In this document: piece by piece, positions 39,699-50,063 of the stretch | Layout: each line of letters starts with the position of its first letter | Position numbering within the stretch: position 1 is the first letter of the stretch | NCBI GenBank assembly: GCA_050251875.1 | Contig: JBFWMA010000003.1 | Location: forward strand, 96,001 to 160,000 | DNA length: 64,000 nucleotides | Reading direction: 5' to 3' | Source of the DNA: Deferribacterales bacterium | GTDB lineage: Bacteria > Chrysiogenota > Deferribacteres > Deferribacterales > Geovibrionaceae | Notes under the pieces: generated by a model | The model's database searches: none | Told to the model about the DNA's origin: nothing | What the model saw: the letters and a program-made list of their open reading frames with translations, nothing else | Translations under genes and position numbers: made by a program

Positions 39699-41948
39699 AT
39701 GAACCCTGAAGAAAACAACTACATACTATTTATAACCTCTGACAGCTCATTGAACGAGTGCATCTGCACATATCTGCGGGACAATGATATCAGGACTGAT
39801 ATCGTTATCGCTGCCAATCTCAGTGAATATTCAGAAAAACTCTTATCCGGAAAATGCATCCTGACACTTGCCGATGGAAATATGGGCAGTGTTATCGTCA
39901 GTCAGGCTATATCAATTTCAAAATCCATCAACAGGGAACTGCCTTTCATAATCATCACAGTGAAAGAGAAACAGGACGAAGCGGCGGAATATATAGACTC
40001 CGGCGCAAGCGACTACATCACCACCGACAACATCAAACGTCTGATTCCCGTCATCAACAGGGAGATCAGGGCATATAAAGAAGTGATAGCCGGGCAGAAA
40101 GCCAGACAGGAGATAAAGGAACTGCTGAATATAATCAACTCGGCGGAGGACGAGATATATATCCTGGAAGGCGACAGCTTTAAGATAAAATTCGCCAACG
40201 CAAAAGCGGCTAAAAATCTTAAATACAGCATTTTAGAGCTGAAAGACATGAGCATGAACGACATCACAAAAGACGTTCTGCCTATCAGCGCCATAGCCGG
40301 CGGGAGCCCTTCACCCAGAAAAACATTTTATACGAAGATGATGCGCCGGGACAAGACGGTGTATCCCGCAGAAGCTGTGTTTCAGACAGCGGAAACAGAG
40401 GGCAAGAGAGCCGTTCTGGTTATCCTGCACGACATAACTGAAAAAGAGACAGCCAAACAGCATGCCGTTGTGATGAACAAAGCAATAGAGGCGTCAGCCT
40501 CCGCCGTCACCATTACAGATAACGAATACAACATAGTCTATGTGAACGAGGCGCAGTGCAGGCTCTCCGGCAGAAGCAGAAAAGAGCTGATGGGCGCTAA
40601 TGTCATAACCACAGTGGACGGAAAAGGCAAAAGCGCAGAGTTTTCCGGAGCGCTGAAAGCCTGCTCGGAAGGCAAGAGCTGGGTGGGCGAATATCACAAG
40701 ATCGCCCGTGACAATGAGACATACACAGTGCTCGGTTCTGTCTCCCCTATTTTCGATGAGACAGCCGAGCTGACAAACATAATCATAGTGGAAGAGGATA
40801 TCAGCGAGCGCATAAGGATAAAGAGCCAGCTGATGCACGCCCAGAAGATGGAGACGGTGGGAGAGCTCACCAGCGGAATAGCCCACGACTTTACCAACAT
40901 GCTTACAGCAATAGGCGGCTTCGCCTCCATCATGAAGAGAAAGATGGATGTCGAGAGCAGTTTTTACACCTATGTGGAAAAAATAGTGGAACTCACCATC
41001 CGGGCAAAAAGCCTCACGCAGAACCTGCTGACATTCTCCAGAAAACAGATGCAGGCGGAGAGAGTTATCAGCCTGAACACGCTGGTTAATACTGTCAGCG
41101 GATTCCTGGCGATGGTTATCGGAAGCAAGCTGGAGATAAAGCTGAATCTCTCTGAAGAGGACGTGAATATTATAGGAGACCCTGTTCAGCTGGAGCAGGT
41201 TATCATAAACCTCGCCACAAACGCCAGAGACGCCGTGGACAGAAACGGCGTGCTCACCATATCCACTGATAAGATAATGATAAGCGACCCCGCCGGAGGG
41301 TTTAAGGAATACGGCGTCATCAGTGTTAAAGACAACGGCTGCGGCATAGACGAGAAGAAGGTCAAAAAGATATTCGAGCCCTTCTACACCACAAAAGAGG
41401 AAGGCAAAGGCACCGGGCTGGGGCTTTACATAGTCAGCGATATCATCACCAGGCATAAGGGCATGATAGAGTGCGCGAGCGAGATCGGCGTGGGTACAGA
41501 GTTCATAATCAAACTGCCCATAACAGAGAAAAAACCAGAGAGCGCCCAGGACGAGGCGGAAGTAAAAACATCCAAAAGCGCCACCATCCTTCTGGTGGAA
41601 GACGAAAAGATGGTTAGAGAGAGTCTGGTGAACGCTCTGGACGCATACGGATATAAGGTTGTCGAGGCGATAAACGGCAAAGACGCCATAGAGAAATATT
41701 CAGCGTCTAAAGAGCACATCGATCTTATCATCAGCGACATCGTGATGCCCGTCATGGACGGTATAGAGATGTACGCTAAGCTGAGCGCCGCCGATCCTGA
41801 TCTGAAAATTATATTCACCACCGGATATGTGGGCGAAACGCACAAAAGAAACAATTTTGATGAGAAAGACCATATAGTTCTGCTGAAACCTCTGCTTGTG
41901 AAAGAGCTCATCAAAAGGATAGAACAGCTCCTCTCTACCAACAGCTAA
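39699..41948 (+). CDS. Hybrid sensor histidine kinase (REC-like, PAS x2, HisKA, HATPase, REC)
   Basis: GIAHDFTN H-box, NLATNARDA, FEPFYTTK, GTGLGL, terminal REC. Confidence 0.93.
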   Translation: MNPEENNYILFITSDSSLNECICTYLRDNDIRTDIVIAANLSEYSEKLLSGKCILTLADGNMGSVIVSQAISISKSINRELPFIIITVKEKQDEAAEYIDSGASDYITTDNIKRLIPVINREIRAYKEVIAGQKARQEIKELLNIINSAEDEIYILEGDSFKIKFANAKAAKNLKYSILELKDMSMNDITKDVLPISAIAGGSPSPRKTFYTKMMRRDKTVYPAEAVFQTAETEGKRAVLVILHDITEKETAKQHAVVMNKAIEASASAVTITDNEYNIVYVNEAQCRLSGRSRKELMGANVITTVDGKGKSAEFSGALKACSEGKSWVGEYHKIARDNETYTVLGSVSPIFDETAELTNIIIVEEDISERIRIKSQLMHAQKMETVGELTSGIAHDFTNMLTAIGGFASIMKRKMDVESSFYTYVEKIVELTIRAKSLTQNLLTFSRKQMQAERVISLNTLVNTVSGFLAMVIGSKLEIKLNLSEEDVNIIGDPVQLEQVIINLATNARDAVDRNGVLTISTDKIMISDPAGGFKEYGVISVKDNGCGIDEKKVKKIFEPFYTTKEEGKGTGLGLYIVSDIITRHKGMIECASEIGVGTEFIIKLPITEKKPESAQDEAEVKTSKSATILLVEDEKMVRESLVNALDAYGYKVVEAINGKDAIEKYSASKEHIDLIISDIVMPVMDGIEMYAKLSAADPDLKIIFTTGYVGETHKRNNFDEKDHIVLLKPLLVKELIKRIEQLLSTNS

Positions 41949-42010
41949 TCATTCTCAGTTGATAATCCAAAAATCGGGTGGTAATCTTAAGTTTAAACCC
42001 AGAGGTGCCT

Positions 42011-43297
42011 ATGGCGGGAGCTAGGACTGAGATTCTGAAAAACATGAGTCTGCTCTATGTGGAGTATGACGAAGATATTGTCGATGCGGTCAAATTTTCC
42101 TTTGACGGATTATTTGATAATATCGTTTTTGCGTCCACGGCGGAAAACGCTCTGGAACTCTGGAGTATGGTTAAACCGGATATCGTGATCACCGATATCT
42201 GCCTTCCTTTCATGAACGGTATCGAGCTTACAAAAATTATAAAAGAAAAATATCCCGACACCCCCGTGATGATCGTCACCGGTTACAAAGAAATCAATAT
42301 GCTCATGGACTCCATAGACGCTAAAGTAGACAGCTATATGACAAAACCTGTTAACCTGCGTCTGCTGAAACAGAACCTCTGCAAGCTGGCGGAGGCGCTG
42401 GAAGACAAAAGGAGACTGAGCAGCGGCACCAGACTCATCGAAAAAGTGCTGAACAATTCCAAAGAGCTTTATCTCGCCGGAGACTCATCCGGTATATCTT
42501 ATATGAACACTACTCTTCTGGAGCTTTTGGGCTACAGCGGGGTGGAAGAGGCTAATATCAGAATGTCTCACGCTCCGGAAGTAAAAATAGCCGAAAACGG
42601 CAAAAAAGAGCGCATTATGACATTCGGCGCCTGGCTGTCCTCTGTGAACGGCTCAGACGGATATGAAAGCATGGTAAGCATAATGTGTCCCGGAGTGCTG
42701 AAAAGCGACGCTAAGACCTTTATAGCCAGCGTGAGCAGGGTTAAAGAGGAAGACTGCTATGTTGTCAGCTTCGTGGACATAGGGGTCATAGAGAGACAGA
42801 AAGAATATTTTCATCAGCTCGCCATGAAGGACCCGCTGACGGATATATTCAACAAAACAAAAATGCAGGACGAGATAACAAGGGAGAACGACCGCAGCGG
42901 AAGATACGGCAGCGAATACAGTGTTATCATGTTCGACATAGATATGTTCAGACAGGTCAATGACAGCTTCGGCAGAACAGTGGGCGATTCCGTGCTGAAA
43001 GAGCTGGCGGGGCTGATATCAAAAAATATCAGAACCACAGACATCTTCGCCAGATACGGCGGCGAGGAATTTTTAATAATCACGCCGGAGGTTGACACCG
43101 CAGGAGCGCATAAGCTGGCTGAAAAACTGAGAACGGCTGTGGAGGCTTACGAGTTCGAGCACGCCGGACACATCACATGCAGTTTCGGCATAGCCGGACA
43201 CAGAGAAAAAATGACTCCGGACGATATAATACGTTCCGCTGACGAAGCCCTCTTCCGGGCAAAAGCGGAAGGAAGAAACAGAGTAAAATCATCATAA
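42011..43297 (+). CDS. REC-GGDEF diguanylate cyclase
   Basis: GAGG RBS before ATG 42011; REC domain; RTTD I-site and RYGGEEF active site. Confidence 0.92.
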   Translation: MAGARTEILKNMSLLYVEYDEDIVDAVKFSFDGLFDNIVFASTAENALELWSMVKPDIVITDICLPFMNGIELTKIIKEKYPDTPVMIVTGYKEINMLMDSIDAKVDSYMTKPVNLRLLKQNLCKLAEALEDKRRLSSGTRLIEKVLNNSKELYLAGDSSGISYMNTTLLELLGYSGVEEANIRMSHAPEVKIAENGKKERIMTFGAWLSSVNGSDGYESMVSIMCPGVLKSDAKTFIASVSRVKEEDCYVVSFVDIGVIERQKEYFHQLAMKDPLTDIFNKTKMQDEITRENDRSGRYGSEYSVIMFDIDMFRQVNDSFGRTVGDSVLKELAGLISKNIRTTDIFARYGGEEFLIITPEVDTAGAHKLAEKLRTAVEAYEFEHAGHITCSFGIAGHREKMTPDDIIRSADEALFRAKAEGRNRVKSS

Positions 43298-43328
43298 AAA
43301 AAGGGGGCTTAAAGCCCCCTTATCTTTT
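43296..43328. terminator. Bidirectional intrinsic terminator
   Basis: A-run, AAGGGGGCTT-A-AAGCCCCCTT, T-rich tail, between convergent genes. Confidence 0.8.
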
Positions 43329-43329
43329 A

Positions 43330-44640
43330 TCAGCAGTTGCCTGATTCAACATACTCAACGATCTTTTCCGCTATGGTCTTGACCGTCTGTTCGAACTTCT
43401 CAACATTTTTCTCCAGCAGAGTCATTCTGAATCCGGGGAGAGATGTGAAGAAAGATGTGAGCGGCACAACGCATATGCCTGTGGCGCCCAGCAGATAGTA
43501 AACAAAGCGCTTATCGTGCTCTATTCTGTCTTCGGTGATCTTTTCCACCAGCTCTCTGGCTTCCTTCAGCTTGATATTCAGCTTCTGGTTTCTGTTCAGA
43601 ACAGCCTCGTTGAAAACAACGGACATGTAGAAGGCGCCGTTGGAACGGTTAACCACTACATAGGGGCAGTTCTTCAGGATGCTGTAAGCTATGTTGGAAA
43701 GTTTCTCATAATGTTTGAGTCTTTCATTGAGATAGTTGTTGTACTCAGGGTGGTTCATGATGTGGGGTATGCTCATCTGGGGCAGAGTTGTGGAGCAGAC
43801 CTCTGACATCTTCTGGTTGAGCACAGCGTTCACGAATCTGTTGAAAGCCTCGTCTTTGTTGGCGTTATAAACTTCCATCCAGCCGCATCTGGCTCCGGGC
43901 CAGGGGAATTCTTTAGATATGCCTTTCATGGATATACCGGGGACATCGCCGATGATGTCGCTGAGGGCTATGGTCTTTTTGCCGTTGTATACCATGTTCA
44001 GATATATTTCGTCAAAGACCAGCATCAGGTCATGATCCTTAGCCATTTTGACGATTCTTCTGAGGTCATCTTCGGTGTGGACGTATCCTGTGGGGTTGTC
44101 GGGGTTGATAACGAGTATGCCCACGATGGATTTATGGCTTTCAACCTTTCTCTCGAGCTCATTGAGATCGGGAGCCCAGTTGTTGTAAGGGTTCATTCTG
44201 TATGTGTTGGGGGGGAAGGACGCGTGAAGTACTTCCGCCAGAAGGTGTGTTGAGTAGGTGGGCTCGGGCAGCATTACCCTCGCGTCTACCCTGATTGAGC
44301 TATACGCTCGTGCTATTGCGTCGCCAAGTCCGTTGAAAAAGATAATGTCGTCTTTTGTGATCTGTGCTCCGCCTCTGGCGTTTGTACGGGCGGCGAGAAA
44401 CTCGCGCACATCGTAGTCGCCTTTTGTGGGGCAGTAGGCAAATGAGAGATTGTTGTTTTTAACAATGTCAGCGATGGTGTCTTTCATCCAGTCGGGGATG
44501 ATTTCTCCTTTCGCCACGGGATCGCCTATGTTTTCATAGCAGATCTCAACTCCGTGCTGTTCCAGCACCTTAGCCACGTTGACAATATTGCGGATTTCGT
44601 AGGTCAGACCGTTACCGCTTTTAGCCAAATCATAACGCAT
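43330..44640 (-). CDS. PLP-dependent aminotransferase class I/II (AlaA-like)
   Basis: ENIGDP, INPDNPTG, FDEIY, GISKEFPWPGARCGW. Confidence 0.9.
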   Translation of the reverse strand: MRYDLAKSGNGLTYEIRNIVNVAKVLEQHGVEICYENIGDPVAKGEIIPDWMKDTIADIVKNNNLSFAYCPTKGDYDVREFLAARTNARGGAQITKDDIIFFNGLGDAIARAYSSIRVDARVMLPEPTYSTHLLAEVLHASFPPNTYRMNPYNNWAPDLNELERKVESHKSIVGILVINPDNPTGYVHTEDDLRRIVKMAKDHDLMLVFDEIYLNMVYNGKKTIALSDIIGDVPGISMKGISKEFPWPGARCGWMEVYNANKDEAFNRFVNAVLNQKMSEVCSTTLPQMSIPHIMNHPEYNNYLNERLKHYEKLSNIAYSILKNCPYVVVNRSNGAFYMSVVFNEAVLNRNQKLNIKLKEARELVEKITEDRIEHDKRFVYYLLGATGICVVPLTSFFTSLPGFRMTLLEKNVEKFEQTVKTIAEKIVEYVESGNC

Positions 44641-44857
44641 GTAACACCTTCAAAAATTATTTGGAGGCACAGCCTCCGAAGACCCTTTTTGTTGCGACGC
44701 AAAAACGGGTATATAAGAAAAGACTTATATTACAACTGCACACAGATTGCCAGTGTAATTTATAAGAAATCGGTCAAAACCACTCAAAAATGAATAAAAT
44801 GTGGTTAGTTTATGTTATAATTAAAAATAAAGAAAAATAATGCGTAAGGAGTTAACA

Positions 44858-45676
44858 ATGAAAAAACTATTACTGGCTATAACGGTATCGGCGGCTCTGC
44901 TGCTTGCCGGATGCGGCGGCGGGGGAGGAGGCGAAGGCGGAACCAGGCTGAAAAGAATCGTTGTGGATTCAGGCGCTAACGGCACAGCGGACACTATGTA
45001 TACCATCGTGTACGACAGCGAATCATATATGTCGTCTGCGGTGGTTCAGGACTGCTCCACTCTGCCTCTGATAAGCGGCGCTGACTGCGCTCTGGGCACT
45101 GTGGACTATACATACTACTTCTTCCGTGACGGAGCGAAAAACATCACCACCATCACCAGAACAAACAGCAGCAATGTCACCAGGACATCTGTATATACCT
45201 ATGACGCAAACAACGCTCCTGTTTCTCTGAAGACAGACTTTACCACCAACGGCAGCGTTGACTATGCCGAATATTACACCACAGACGCCAACGGAGACAT
45301 TACCTCCGCTTACATCGACAGCGATAATGACTCAGTAAACGATCACTATTCGCTGTTCACATACTTTCAGCCCGGCAAGCCATATCATTATGAGCTGAAC
45401 GAGGACTATCTCTCTGTTCCGGCGCTGGATTATCTGGCGGATTATTCATATGACGCAGAGGGCAAGGTGACGGATGTCATCATTGATGACAATGCCGATA
45501 ACATTAAAGACGAGTATAAGTCATATGTCTATGAAGGCGGAAAACTGGTTCGTGTGAACTTAGCCTCTTCATACGGCGGTACGCCGACAGAGATTTATTA
45601 TCTGGAATATGAGGGCGGAGCGGAGAACGGAACAGAGTTTCTGTATCTCTTCCTTAACCTGGGACTTTATTTCTAA
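44858..45676 (+). CDS. Lipoprotein with YD-like repeats
   Basis: AAGGAG RBS, lipobox LAGC + poly-Gly; repeats YTYDANN, YTTDANG, YSYDAEG. Confidence 0.75.
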   Translation: MKKLLLAITVSAALLLAGCGGGGGGEGGTRLKRIVVDSGANGTADTMYTIVYDSESYMSSAVVQDCSTLPLISGADCALGTVDYTYYFFRDGAKNITTITRTNSSNVTRTSVYTYDANNAPVSLKTDFTTNGSVDYAEYYTTDANGDITSAYIDSDNDSVNDHYSLFTYFQPGKPYHYELNEDYLSVPALDYLADYSYDAEGKVTDVIIDDNADNIKDEYKSYVYEGGKLVRVNLASSYGGTPTEIYYLEYEGGAENGTEFLYLFLNLGLYF

Positions 45677-45683
45677 CAAAAGC

Positions 45684-45709
45684 AAAGGGGGCATAAGCCC
45701 CCTTTTTTT
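45684..45709 (+). terminator. Intrinsic terminator
   Basis: AAAGGGGGC-ATAA-GCCCCCTTTTTTT. Confidence 0.85.
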
Positions 45710-47048
45710 AATATTCTGAAATGGGAGTGTTGTTCGACTCCCCTCTTTTTCTAAAATGTATCCTGATTGGCACACCATCAAACTTATAATGAGACCTGAT
45801 GATGTTCACTATGAATCTCTGGTAAGAGAAGTGAACGCCGTCCGGATAGTTAACGAAAATAACGAATTCCGGCGGGCGTGTGCTCACCTGTGTTATAAAG
45901 TAGAATTTAACCCGTCTGTTGCCCACAACAGGGGGCTGGTGGCGCATAACCGCCTCTTCCAGAATCGCCTGAAGCTGGTGGGTGGGGATACGCTTGCTGT
46001 ATTCGTCATACAGAGCCTTAGCGGCATCGAACACCTTGAAGATATTTTTGCCGGTGATGGTGGATGTATAGATGATGGAAGGATTGTTCAGGAACTGAAG
46101 TTTGTAGTCTATGTCCTTATAAAATTCCTTCGCCTTTTCGTCTTTGTTCTCTATCAGGTCCCACTTGTTGGCAACGAGGATAACGGGTCTGCCAGCCTCC
46201 CAGTTGTCGGCGATGACTTTAACGTCTCTCTCTGTGAGCCCCTCATCGCTGTCGATAACGCAGACGGCGATATCCGCCCTCTCCACGGCGTCTTCCCAGC
46301 GGTGATATCCGTATTTCTCGATCTTGTCCTTGAACATTATCTTCTTTTTGCGTATGCCCGCTGTGTCTATCAGAACATATTTCGTATCCTGATATTCGAA
46401 GAAGGTGTCCACGGCGTCTCTGGTTGTTCCGGGGATAGGCGTTACTATCAGCCTGTCCTGTCCCAGCCATTTGTTTATCATGCTGGATTTGCCCACGTTG
46501 GGTCGTCCTGTCACTATCAGCTTTATGCGTCCCTCATAAGGGTCTGTCTTGTCGTGATCTTCGGGGATGTGCGTAATCACTTCGTCCAGCAGAGTGTCCA
46601 CATTACGCCCGTGTGAGGCGCTTATGCTGATTACGCTGTCCACGCCCATACGGTAGAAATCGTACATCAGGTTCTCTTTGCTGTCGTTGTCTATCTTGTT
46701 CACCACCAGCTGATAGGGTTTGCCTGTCTGGCGGAGCAGATCAATAACTATCTCGTCCAGAGGATGCACGCCCTCTGTGCCGTCTGTCATCAGGATGAAG
46801 TAGTCCGCTTCGTTCAGGGTGTGTTTGAACTGAGCCTGCATCTCTTTTTTCAACAGCTCTTCCTTCAGGTCGAATCCGGCAGTATCCACGATGGCGAACC
46901 TGTGCCCCGCCCAGTCTGTGACATATTCTATTCTGTCACGGGTAACACCGGGCATATCGTCCACGATGGCTATCTTTTTTCCCGCCAGCCTGTTGAACAG
47001 GGTGGACTTTCCTACGTTGGGTCTTCCTATGATTCCTATAGTAAACAT
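45708..47048 (-). CDS. der: Ribosome biogenesis GTPase Der (EngA)
   Basis: Two GRPNVGKS GTPase domains + KH-like C-terminus; start ATG 47048 coupled to upstream stop (TAATG). Confidence 0.97.
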   Translation of the reverse strand: MFTIGIIGRPNVGKSTLFNRLAGKKIAIVDDMPGVTRDRIEYVTDWAGHRFAIVDTAGFDLKEELLKKEMQAQFKHTLNEADYFILMTDGTEGVHPLDEIVIDLLRQTGKPYQLVVNKIDNDSKENLMYDFYRMGVDSVISISASHGRNVDTLLDEVITHIPEDHDKTDPYEGRIKLIVTGRPNVGKSSMINKWLGQDRLIVTPIPGTTRDAVDTFFEYQDTKYVLIDTAGIRKKKIMFKDKIEKYGYHRWEDAVERADIAVCVIDSDEGLTERDVKVIADNWEAGRPVILVANKWDLIENKDEKAKEFYKDIDYKLQFLNNPSIIYTSTITGKNIFKVFDAAKALYDEYSKRIPTHQLQAILEEAVMRHQPPVVGNRRVKFYFITQVSTRPPEFVIFVNYPDGVHFSYQRFIVNIIRSHYKFDGVPIRIHFRKRGESNNTPISEY

Positions 47049-47923
47049 TATTCCTCTATTGGTCTGCAATATTTGTATGTGGCAGGTTTTGATCTGCCGT
47101 CAGCGTTCACAGCGGTCGCTGTCACTGTGATGCAGGTGTCTATGGGTTTCTGATACACGAGAGAATTATTAACAGTATTAAATGTTTCACATGAAACACC
47201 CTCACACACCTCGATGGTATAGCTGTCTGCGTTCTCTGAGTGAGACCAGGCTATGCGTCTCATATTACCGAAGTTCAGCACAGAGATAACCGCCACCTCC
47301 TGCGGAAGATTCAGTGCTCTCTCCACAGGGATCTGTATAGGATACAGAATTCCTTTGTTGCCGTAATAATCTGTCAGAACGAGGGTAATCTGATTATCCA
47401 CAACATCGGACTGTAAAATATCCGCCATTTTTCCGCCTGTCTGGGCTATGCTCTTTCCGCCGGAATACACATCAAAACGCATAAAGATCGCGTCTGTCTC
47501 TATAGAGACATTATAGCCGGTAGGGGTCTTAAGATAATCGGCGTTAGCAATCTTAAGCGGCTGTTCATATGTGAGGGAAAAGACATAAGGAGCCGAAACC
47601 AGCCCGTACTTAACAGTCTTTTTCATCAGACGGTAAAAATATTTATGATCCGGCTCAACCTCTGTGTCCAGATATGTCGCCTTAGGACCTATCATAGTCA
47701 CTCTGTTGAAAAAGGTACATTCGTCACCTTCCGGAATCCCCTTCTCTATTATCAGGTTTTCATTCTCCTGATTTTCTATGAGAATACCCTCATCGGTTAC
47801 CTTATAAGATATGGCGGCCGGAGGGGTCAGGTCGGCTAGCTTAGATTTCGGAATGGGGTCTGTCTTCTTTCCGCAGGATATCAGAAGCAGGGCGGAAAGG
47901 ATCAGCAGGCTAATTAATCTCAT
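47048..47923 (-). CDS. Lipoprotein with fibronectin-III-like domains
   Basis: LISC-GKK lipobox; [15 protein letters not shown] and W...ADSY...TAVNADG..S patterns. Confidence 0.7.
   Translation of the reverse strand: MRLISLLILSALLLISCGKKTDPIPKSKLADLTPPAAISYKVTDEGILIENQENENLIIEKGIPEGDECTFFNRVTMIGPKATYLDTEVEPDHKYFYRLMKKTVKYGLVSAPYVFSLTYEQPLKIANADYLKTPTGYNVSIETDAIFMRFDVYSGGKSIAQTGGKMADILQSDVVDNQITLVLTDYYGNKGILYPIQIPVERALNLPQEVAVISVLNFGNMRRIAWSHSENADSYTIEVCEGVSCETFNTVNNSLVYQKPIDTCITVTATAVNADGRSKPATYKYCRPIEE
47183..47198. other. parS-like site (1 mismatch), inside CDS
   Basis: TGTTTCACATGAAACA. Confidence 0.7.
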
Positions 47924-49295
47924 TTAAAAATTTCTTCCCGTTTTCTATCTGTGTTTTAACGGATTCTGAGGCTGTCCCGCCGTATGCTTTTCTGCTGGCG
48001 ACAGAAGCCTTCACTGTTATATATCCGTAGATGTCTTCATCTATTTTATCAGAAAAACGTTTAAATTCATCTATAGAAAGTTCGCTGATGTCCACACCCT
48101 TCTCTATGGCGTATGCCACGGTGGATCCCACAACGTGGTGGGATTCTCTGAAAGGCAGTCCCTTGCGCACCAGATAATCGGCAAGGTCTGTGGCTGTGGA
48201 ATATCCGGCGCCTGCGGCTGATGCCATTTTTTCTGTGCGGAGCCCCATCTTTTCCACCATGGGGGCGAATATTTTCAGAGATGCCTTAATGGTATCCATT
48301 GCGTCAAAAACGGGCTCTTTGTCCTCCTGCATATCTTTGTTATATGCCAGAGGGAGTCCTTTCATGGTGGTGAGCATGCTTATCAGGCTTCCGTATACCC
48401 TTCCGGTTTTGCCTCTGATCAGCTCGGGCATGTCGGGGTTTTTCTTCTGGGGCATGATGGATGAGCCGGTGCAGAAATCGTCTGTCAGCTCTATGAATGC
48501 AAACTCCGATGTGGAGTATATTATCAGTTCCTCGGAAAATCTGGACAGGTGCATCTGGCATATGGCGCAGGCGGAGAGAAACTCTATGGCGAAATCTCTG
48601 TCGCTCACGGAATCCAGAGTGTTTTCTGTGGGTGCTTTAAAGCCCAGCTCCACGGCGGTAAAATGCCTATCAATCGGAAAAGTTGTTCCCGCCAGCGCTC
48701 CGGAACCCAGCGGACAGTAGTCCATGCGCTCCAGACAGTCGGCGAAACGGGTGTAGTCACGTTTCAGCATCTGAAAATATGCCATTATATATTGGGCGAA
48801 AAGAATGGGCTGAGCAGTCTGAAGATGGGTGAAGCCGGGCATATGCACGTCAAAGTGCTTTTCGGCCTTTGTCACCAGAACGTTCAGGAACTCGTTCACC
48901 AGTTCCATCACCTCTTCTATCTCCGCCATGAGATACATGCGGAAGTCCACAGCCACCTGATCGTTTCTGCTTCTGGCGGTGTGCAGACGCTTTCCGGCAT
49001 CGCCTATGATGGCGGTGAGGCGCTTTTCCACTGCCATGTGGATATCCTCATCACCTGTGACGAACTCAAAATTTCCGCTCTCTATCTCTGAAAGAACCTG
49101 AGTGAGACCTTTTATTATGTCGTCTCTGTCGGTTTCTGAGATTATTCCCTGTTTGGCGAGCATTTTGGCGTGAGCCATGCTGCCTTTTATATCGTATTTG
49201 TAGAATCTTTTATCGAAGTGTATGGAGGCGTTGAACTCCTCCACGAATTTGTCTGTGGGAAGTTTGAAGCGTCCTGACCACATTTTTTCAGACAT
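47910..49295 (-). CDS. argH: Argininosuccinate lyase
   Basis: [37 protein letters not shown]. Confidence 0.98.
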   Translation of the reverse strand: MSEKMWSGRFKLPTDKFVEEFNASIHFDKRFYKYDIKGSMAHAKMLAKQGIISETDRDDIIKGLTQVLSEIESGNFEFVTGDEDIHMAVEKRLTAIIGDAGKRLHTARSRNDQVAVDFRMYLMAEIEEVMELVNEFLNVLVTKAEKHFDVHMPGFTHLQTAQPILFAQYIMAYFQMLKRDYTRFADCLERMDYCPLGSGALAGTTFPIDRHFTAVELGFKAPTENTLDSVSDRDFAIEFLSACAICQMHLSRFSEELIIYSTSEFAFIELTDDFCTGSSIMPQKKNPDMPELIRGKTGRVYGSLISMLTTMKGLPLAYNKDMQEDKEPVFDAMDTIKASLKIFAPMVEKMGLRTEKMASAAGAGYSTATDLADYLVRKGLPFRESHHVVGSTVAYAIEKGVDISELSIDEFKRFSDKIDEDIYGYITVKASVASRKAYGGTASESVKTQIENGKKFLNEIN

Positions 49296-49431
49296 GTGCA
49301 GTCTCCGTAATAGTTTTAATGTTCATATATAGGTAAAATGCGTGAATTAATCCAGACAAATTTCTTAAATATCAATTATTGAGAAAAAAAGCGCATCTGT
49401 TATCTTAGTAAAAGACCGAAGGGGAGACTAA

Positions 49432-49923
49432 ATGTCTAAAATAATAAACAACATGTGGGTTATGCACTCATTCTGGACGGCAGCGGCCGTCATGCTGTCG
49501 CTTTACTGTGCGAAATTTCTTGGGCTGGCGGAATTTTACTGGGCGCCCATCTCTGCCATCATCGTGATGCAGTCTACACTGGGTCAGTCATGGGACGTTT
49601 CCAAGCAGAGGATATACGGAACCATTATCGGCGCTCTGTTCGCCGGAGTTTTCGACTTTGTGTTCCACGATGTAACCACGCTGAACTTCACTCTGGGCAT
49701 CTTCATACTGGGACTGATCTGCCATGCGCTGAGGCTGACTATGAGCGCATACCGTCTGGGCGGCGTTACGTTCACCATTATTCTGCTGATGCATCACAAC
49801 GAGGTCGCCTGGCGGATAGGTTTCGACAGATTTGTAGAGGTGGCGGTGGGCATCTGCTCCGCCCTGCTCGTGAGCTTTGTCGGCACAAAATGTCCCGTGA
49901 TGAAAGAACTGAAAAAGAAATAA
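49432..49923 (+). CDS. FUSC / aromatic acid exporter family membrane protein
   Basis: YWAPISAIIVMQ...RIYGTIIG...RFVEVAVG; GGGGAG RBS. Confidence 0.85.
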   Translation: MSKIINNMWVMHSFWTAAAVMLSLYCAKFLGLAEFYWAPISAIIVMQSTLGQSWDVSKQRIYGTIIGALFAGVFDFVFHDVTTLNFTLGIFILGLICHALRLTMSAYRLGGVTFTIILLMHHNEVAWRIGFDRFVEVAVGICSALLVSFVGTKCPVMKELKKK

Positions 49924-49928
49924 AGTCT

Positions 49929-50053
49929 GTCATTGCGAAGCCGTTCACGGCTGTGGCAATCTCAAGCGTATGGTAATAGAGATAAGTGTTATAGTCAAAT
50001 AAACTTATGAGATCGCCACATCGCTTCGCTCCTCGCGATGACGTGGCAATCTC
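49929..50053. repeat. Inverted pair of family-B palindromic repeats (GTCATTGCGA...GCAATCTC) plus a partial third copy
   Basis: 49929-49963 forward, 50009-50042 reverse, extra GTGGCAATCTC at 50043-50053. Confidence 0.8.
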
Positions 50054-50063
50054 TAAATCTTTT

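Noticed and set aside
49296..49431. ARG boxes upstream of argH
   Set aside because: Only a half-site-like TGAATTAA; no convincing paired palindromes
49455..49976. 173-aa alternative-frame ORF over the FUSC gene
   Set aside because: Arg-rich off-frame translation that ends in the family-B repeat; the 49432 frame has the RBS and family motifs
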